A stretch of 64,000 nt of DNA. It comes from Rhodosorus marinus CCMP1338. Lineage: Eukaryota; Plantae; Rhodophyta. Of this stretch, positions 59,982-64,000 are shown piece after piece. The stretch is taken from NCBI GenBank assembly GCA_029953675.1, contig JAMWBK010000001.1, forward strand, positions 1,922,001 to 1,986,000. The letters are read 5' to 3'. The notes beneath the pieces are model-generated. The model did not search any database and was not told where the DNA came from. It saw only the letters and a program-made list of their open reading frames with translations. Both the position numbers and the translations under genes were made by a program. Numbering within the stretch: the stretch's first letter is position 1; every line of letters begins with the position of its first letter.

Positions 59982-62900
59982 ATGGAAGCCGAGATAGGTG
60001 ATAGTCCTGGCGTGGAGCAGGCTCCCGCTGTGGATGTTCCAGGTCGACCTGATCTAGATGATGCCAGACAGGAGCCGACTGCAGAGATCGAGGATGGTAG
60101 TCCTCCAGATCCTGTCCCGGAGGTGCCGCCGGCCACAGGCGAATCTTCGGGAGCAACGGAAGAAAAACCCGAGGAGCCTGCCGAACAAGTGGATCTAAGT
60201 GCTTCTGAGCGTGCTGAAGAACAGGTGCAAGAAATGCTTCCAGTTGCAGCAGCAGAGGCTTCCGAGGGCGTCGACCCAAGTGCCGCAGATGAGATGACAA
60301 CAATTCCTCTTGAGGGCGACCGAGAAGATCGTGCAGACTCACACGGTGAAACGTTTTTGGAAATCCCTCATGGAACCTCGCAACCAGTTTCCATCCCTAG
60401 TGCTTTGAAAGTTCAGACAAATAATGAGTTGGTAGATCTCGAACCGGACTATAGCATTAATCTAACAGCAGCAACAACAGCTGCATTACCACCGAGGCCC
60501 GTATTTTTGGAGGACAATGAGAATCTGCAAGCAGTTCAAGAGCAACTGCATCAATTCGATAACCCGGATATTAAAGTCTACCGGGCCAACAAGAAACCGA
60601 ATAGGGCACAGCGGACGGCTAACCGTGTCAAGAACTCTGCGCTGGAGAAGGGCGTGGATGTCCTCGTTGGGGTTAAAGAAGCAGAGAAGGAGGGTGATGC
60701 TTTTCAAGCAATGCTGGAGGATTCGAAAAAGGACCAGACGGGCAAACGGATCATTCGGACGACGCGAAGTGCTACGGCAAACTACGATGACGAAAGTCAA
60801 GAGGTGGATATTATTGGCACACTCATCAAGGACGCAAATACTGCCATCCAGGAGGAAGCTCAAATCGGAGCTAATACGGCGGACTCCCCCTTGGACAACC
60901 CGTTTATACTTATGGCGGCTCCAGTACTACCCATTGGTGGCTTGGCAGCATATACCATAATAAAGGCCATTCTGCCATATGCCACAGCTGGAATATTGGC
61001 AATCCTAAGCGTTCTCGGGTGGCGCTTTTGGGTGGGATCGTTCGTGTTTTCGTTGATAATGCTGGTGATGAACTGGAGCAACATACAAAAAGTTGAGGCC
61101 CTGAGACCAGTAAGTCTTGATCCACGGTTCTGCTTCATTTGTTCGTCGCGTTTTACTTGTTTGGTTTCTTTACTTAACACGTATGGATCGTCCTCTGCAG
61201 GTCACGCTTCAAGTAGATTTGGCTGTTCTTACTACAGAAAAGGCACTGCATACGCAATGGAAGGAGGCCAAGCCGGAAATTGACAAAGCCATAGAGAAAT
61301 ATTGGCCACGCGCAGAACTACGAAAACTCGACGCGCAGGTTCAGAAAATTCTCGGCTACAGCTTGCTCGACGTTATGATCGCAAGAATATGGGGTTGGGA
61401 GTATGACGGGAAGATCAAAGAGTTGTACTTGGACGAGCCAGCTGATGCTGGACGAAGCGATGAGCTCTTCTTCAACATAAAGATCAACTTTGAGTATTTG
61501 GAGGAAATCCATGCTAGATACTCCTCCGTATGGCTCGAATGGGTTGACGGGAATATGATCGCTGCTTCAACCCCTGAGAGGGATGTCGTGAAGGAAGGAG
61601 CTGTTAGCTCCCAGTACACGGATAGGGGTCATTGGAAGGGCTACGGTGCTCGTCTCAATCTGTGTTCCGCGACCCATGAGGTTTTGATCCCTTATCGATT
61701 CACGGACGAAGGTGACCGGGCGGCGCTCATAACCGATCAAAACATTAGGCTGGTCTTAAAGGGAAGAAAGGACATTGTTATTTACAACAACGACGGGGCG
61801 CCCAGGTTTCAGAAGGGAGTGGATCAGCACGTGGTGATTGGTGAAGCACTTGTGAGTGCCGCGCGAATTGGCGTGAAGGACCTGTGGGAAGCTGATGAGT
61901 CTGTCAAGGTCGTAAAGTCAAAGATACGACTCCCAATTAGAGCACCGGGATCAAAATCCTATAGAGCAGCAGTGCTCCACTGCAACGCGGAAGTGCGATT
62001 GGTTGACAACACATCCTACTCATATAGGGACAAGGTTACCAGCATACCGGTGGGAGAGTGGACGGTGAGAGTGAACGTATATGAGTTCCGATCGCTGCAC
62101 GTGATTAGTTCCGGCGGATCATCTGATCCCATTGCACAAGTTACGCTGTTTGGACAGAAAAAGAGTACAAAGAAAGTGTCTAATGCGACATCCTGTGTGG
62201 TGGATGAGACGCTATACTTCAGAAAAGTGGTGGATAGTCCCGCTGAATTCGCGACGGAGGACATTAAGATCGACGTGACCGACTGGGGTTTCTTCGGGAA
62301 CAGACCTTTGGGCCACTTGATCATGAACCTCAAAAGCATATATGAAATGGACCATCATGAACTGTTTCGGGAATGGTTTCCTCTGATCGTACCAACCTCG
62401 ATGAAGGTAGTGAATCCTTTCTCCGCTAATGGGTTTATCAAGCTCAGCATCACCGTAATGCCACCGAAGGGAATACCAAAAACGCACGCAAGCATTGAGG
62501 ACAAGGAAGAGTACAGCAGATCGACTGTGCTGAGAAATACTATTGTGCGTCCACCACCGCTTCGTGTAGAAAGGTGGATCCTCCACGTGAAGCTTGGATG
62601 GGCAGACATGCTGCCGAGGTTGACGAATGAGAGCGAGGAAGATGTCATACGCGGGTTTGCCGTACTTTCTCTCACAGGACGCAGGAGGATTCTGTCCCGG
62701 ACCTTCATAGCGAAAGCACGAGACATTATCGACACCAACTTGGGAAGTACAACGCGAGTGGTCACGCAGAGAATGGTACTGTTCAACGAAGAGTTCCTTT
62801 TCCCTTTCTACGTTGCCGACGGCGTTGAGAACTCGGAACGTGTACAGGTTAGCTTGTACCACAGGGGAAAGAACAATATGAACAAATTGATTGGTCGAAT

Positions 62901-64000
62901 TGAACTCAGCTACAAGGAGCTGTCGGCAAACCTTCGTACGGCGGTCGTTCGAGGAGATCCTAAGGATAAGGAGGCAATTGGGGACAGGTACAAGCGGGTT
63001 GCCATGATCAAGCCCTCGTACTACAACTTCTATGGTTCTGCAAAGGGATCTCTCAATGTAAGGAAGAAGGCTGTTAGTTTCCGTGGGAGGATGTTGGTTA
63101 GCATGGCTGCTAAGCCTGGCGATATTCATGAACCAATCTCGCGGCCATGCAAGCCCCTACCAAGACCTCAGGTGGACCTGTACAGGATCGACTTCACTAT
63201 ACTGAGGGCCACTGAGCTCTCGATTCCGGACGGGGACTACGTGAGGTTGGAAGCTAGCATTGGACCCTATACTTTTGGCTCTTCGATTCCTCAGCAGACT
63301 GTGAAAGGCCTATGTGTTTCATGGAGAGAGCAAAACGTGCTGCGAATGAAGAACCTTCAGTTTCCGGCCGAGCTATCGCAGATCCCAGACCTTTTCATAA
63401 CACTCGAGACCCGTCGGCCGAACACTTCCATATACCACGAAGCGAAGGACTCGAGTGATGCAGAGCAGAGCATGGAAGCATACAAGCCCGTTGCCTTTTT
63501 GCGGATTCCAGCTTACCATCTGATCTTGGATCATGAGAGCCCGAGGTGGATGTTTATGGACTCCGTCCGGACCGATTCGACACCCAACGAGAACGTCCCC
63601 GGAAGTCTTCTGCTGTCCTGCAAGCTTACGAAGACTACCTTGGGGATGACCTACTTTGCCAAAGAGCGTGGAGACATTGAGACATCGGTTGAGTCGGAGA
63701 CAGCCGAAAACAGCTTTCACGGGGAGGTTGTCACGTCTGAGAATGAGGCGGAGATAGGCAACAATGCTGGTGGAGAGGAAAAGTTCTATACTTTGAAAGC
63801 ACTATGCTTGCAGGGCCGAAACCTCCCAGCTGCGGACCAGTCTGGACTTTCTGATCCGTTCGTGAGGGTGTCCATGGGTGAAAGATCTAAACAGGGCACA
63901 GCGTCTTGCAAGGAGACGGTGTGTCCGATTTGGGAGGAGGAGATCGTCGTTAAGAACATATCCATTCGGGAGAACGAGAAGTGTCCGAATGTGAACATTC
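59982..64000 (+). CDS. Ferlin-like multi-C2 protein with an acidic N-terminus and N-terminal hydrophobic segment; continues beyond the window
   Basis: Exon 59982-61109 splices in phase 0 to an open frame from 61201 to the window end (absent from the ORF track because it has no stop). C2B-like WTVRVNVYEFRSL...SSDPIAQVTLFGQKKSTK...LKSIYEMDHHELFREWFPL, FerI-like GFIKLSITVMPP, C2C-like WILHVKLGWADMLP and C2D-like LQGRNLPAADQSGLSDPFVRV. Confidence 0.85.

Noticed and set aside
62212-63129. 305-aa minus-strand ORF and neighbouring antisense ORFs
   Set aside because: Shadow ORFs of the long plus-strand ferlin exon.

Overview
Gene-dense, intron-rich eukaryotic nuclear DNA. Most introns are short GT-AG introns of about 40-210 nt, so many genes are fragmented or missing in the ORF track. 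A plastid-type transit peptide protein, a complex I gamma-carbonic anhydrase, LAMTOR2 and a ferlin together suggest a red alga; this is an inference, not a verified taxon. Recognisable genes: ketopantoate reductase (partial), COQ10, an Sds3-like protein, copine, YAK1/DYRK kinase, an amidohydrolase_2, LAMTOR2, cyclin B, gamma-CA, an SDH3-like protein, a DDX21/RH3-type DEAD-box helicase, a PDZ-like plastid protein, an ABCD half-transporter, MIA40 and a ferlin (partial). There are also several hypothetical genes. Mobile DNA: one full-length but disabled Ty3/gypsy chromovirus (6423-11581; 304-bp LTRs with 2 mismatches, TATAT target duplication, non-canonical TG...AA ends) and a heavily decayed Ty1/copia relic (~31950-33420). 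Genes mostly lie in divergent pairs around AT-rich cores with strand-specific G/T-rich flanks. Best leads: a ferlin spliced to an N-terminal membrane anchor, a nuclear mitochondrion-targeted SDH3-like gene, a six-exon LAMTOR2, the unusual LTR ends and primer region, a perfect 25-bp-arm palindrome and a decayed 108-bp repeat array. No multi-gene novel system could be firmly supported. All exon boundaries were derived by hand and need RNA-seq confirmation.
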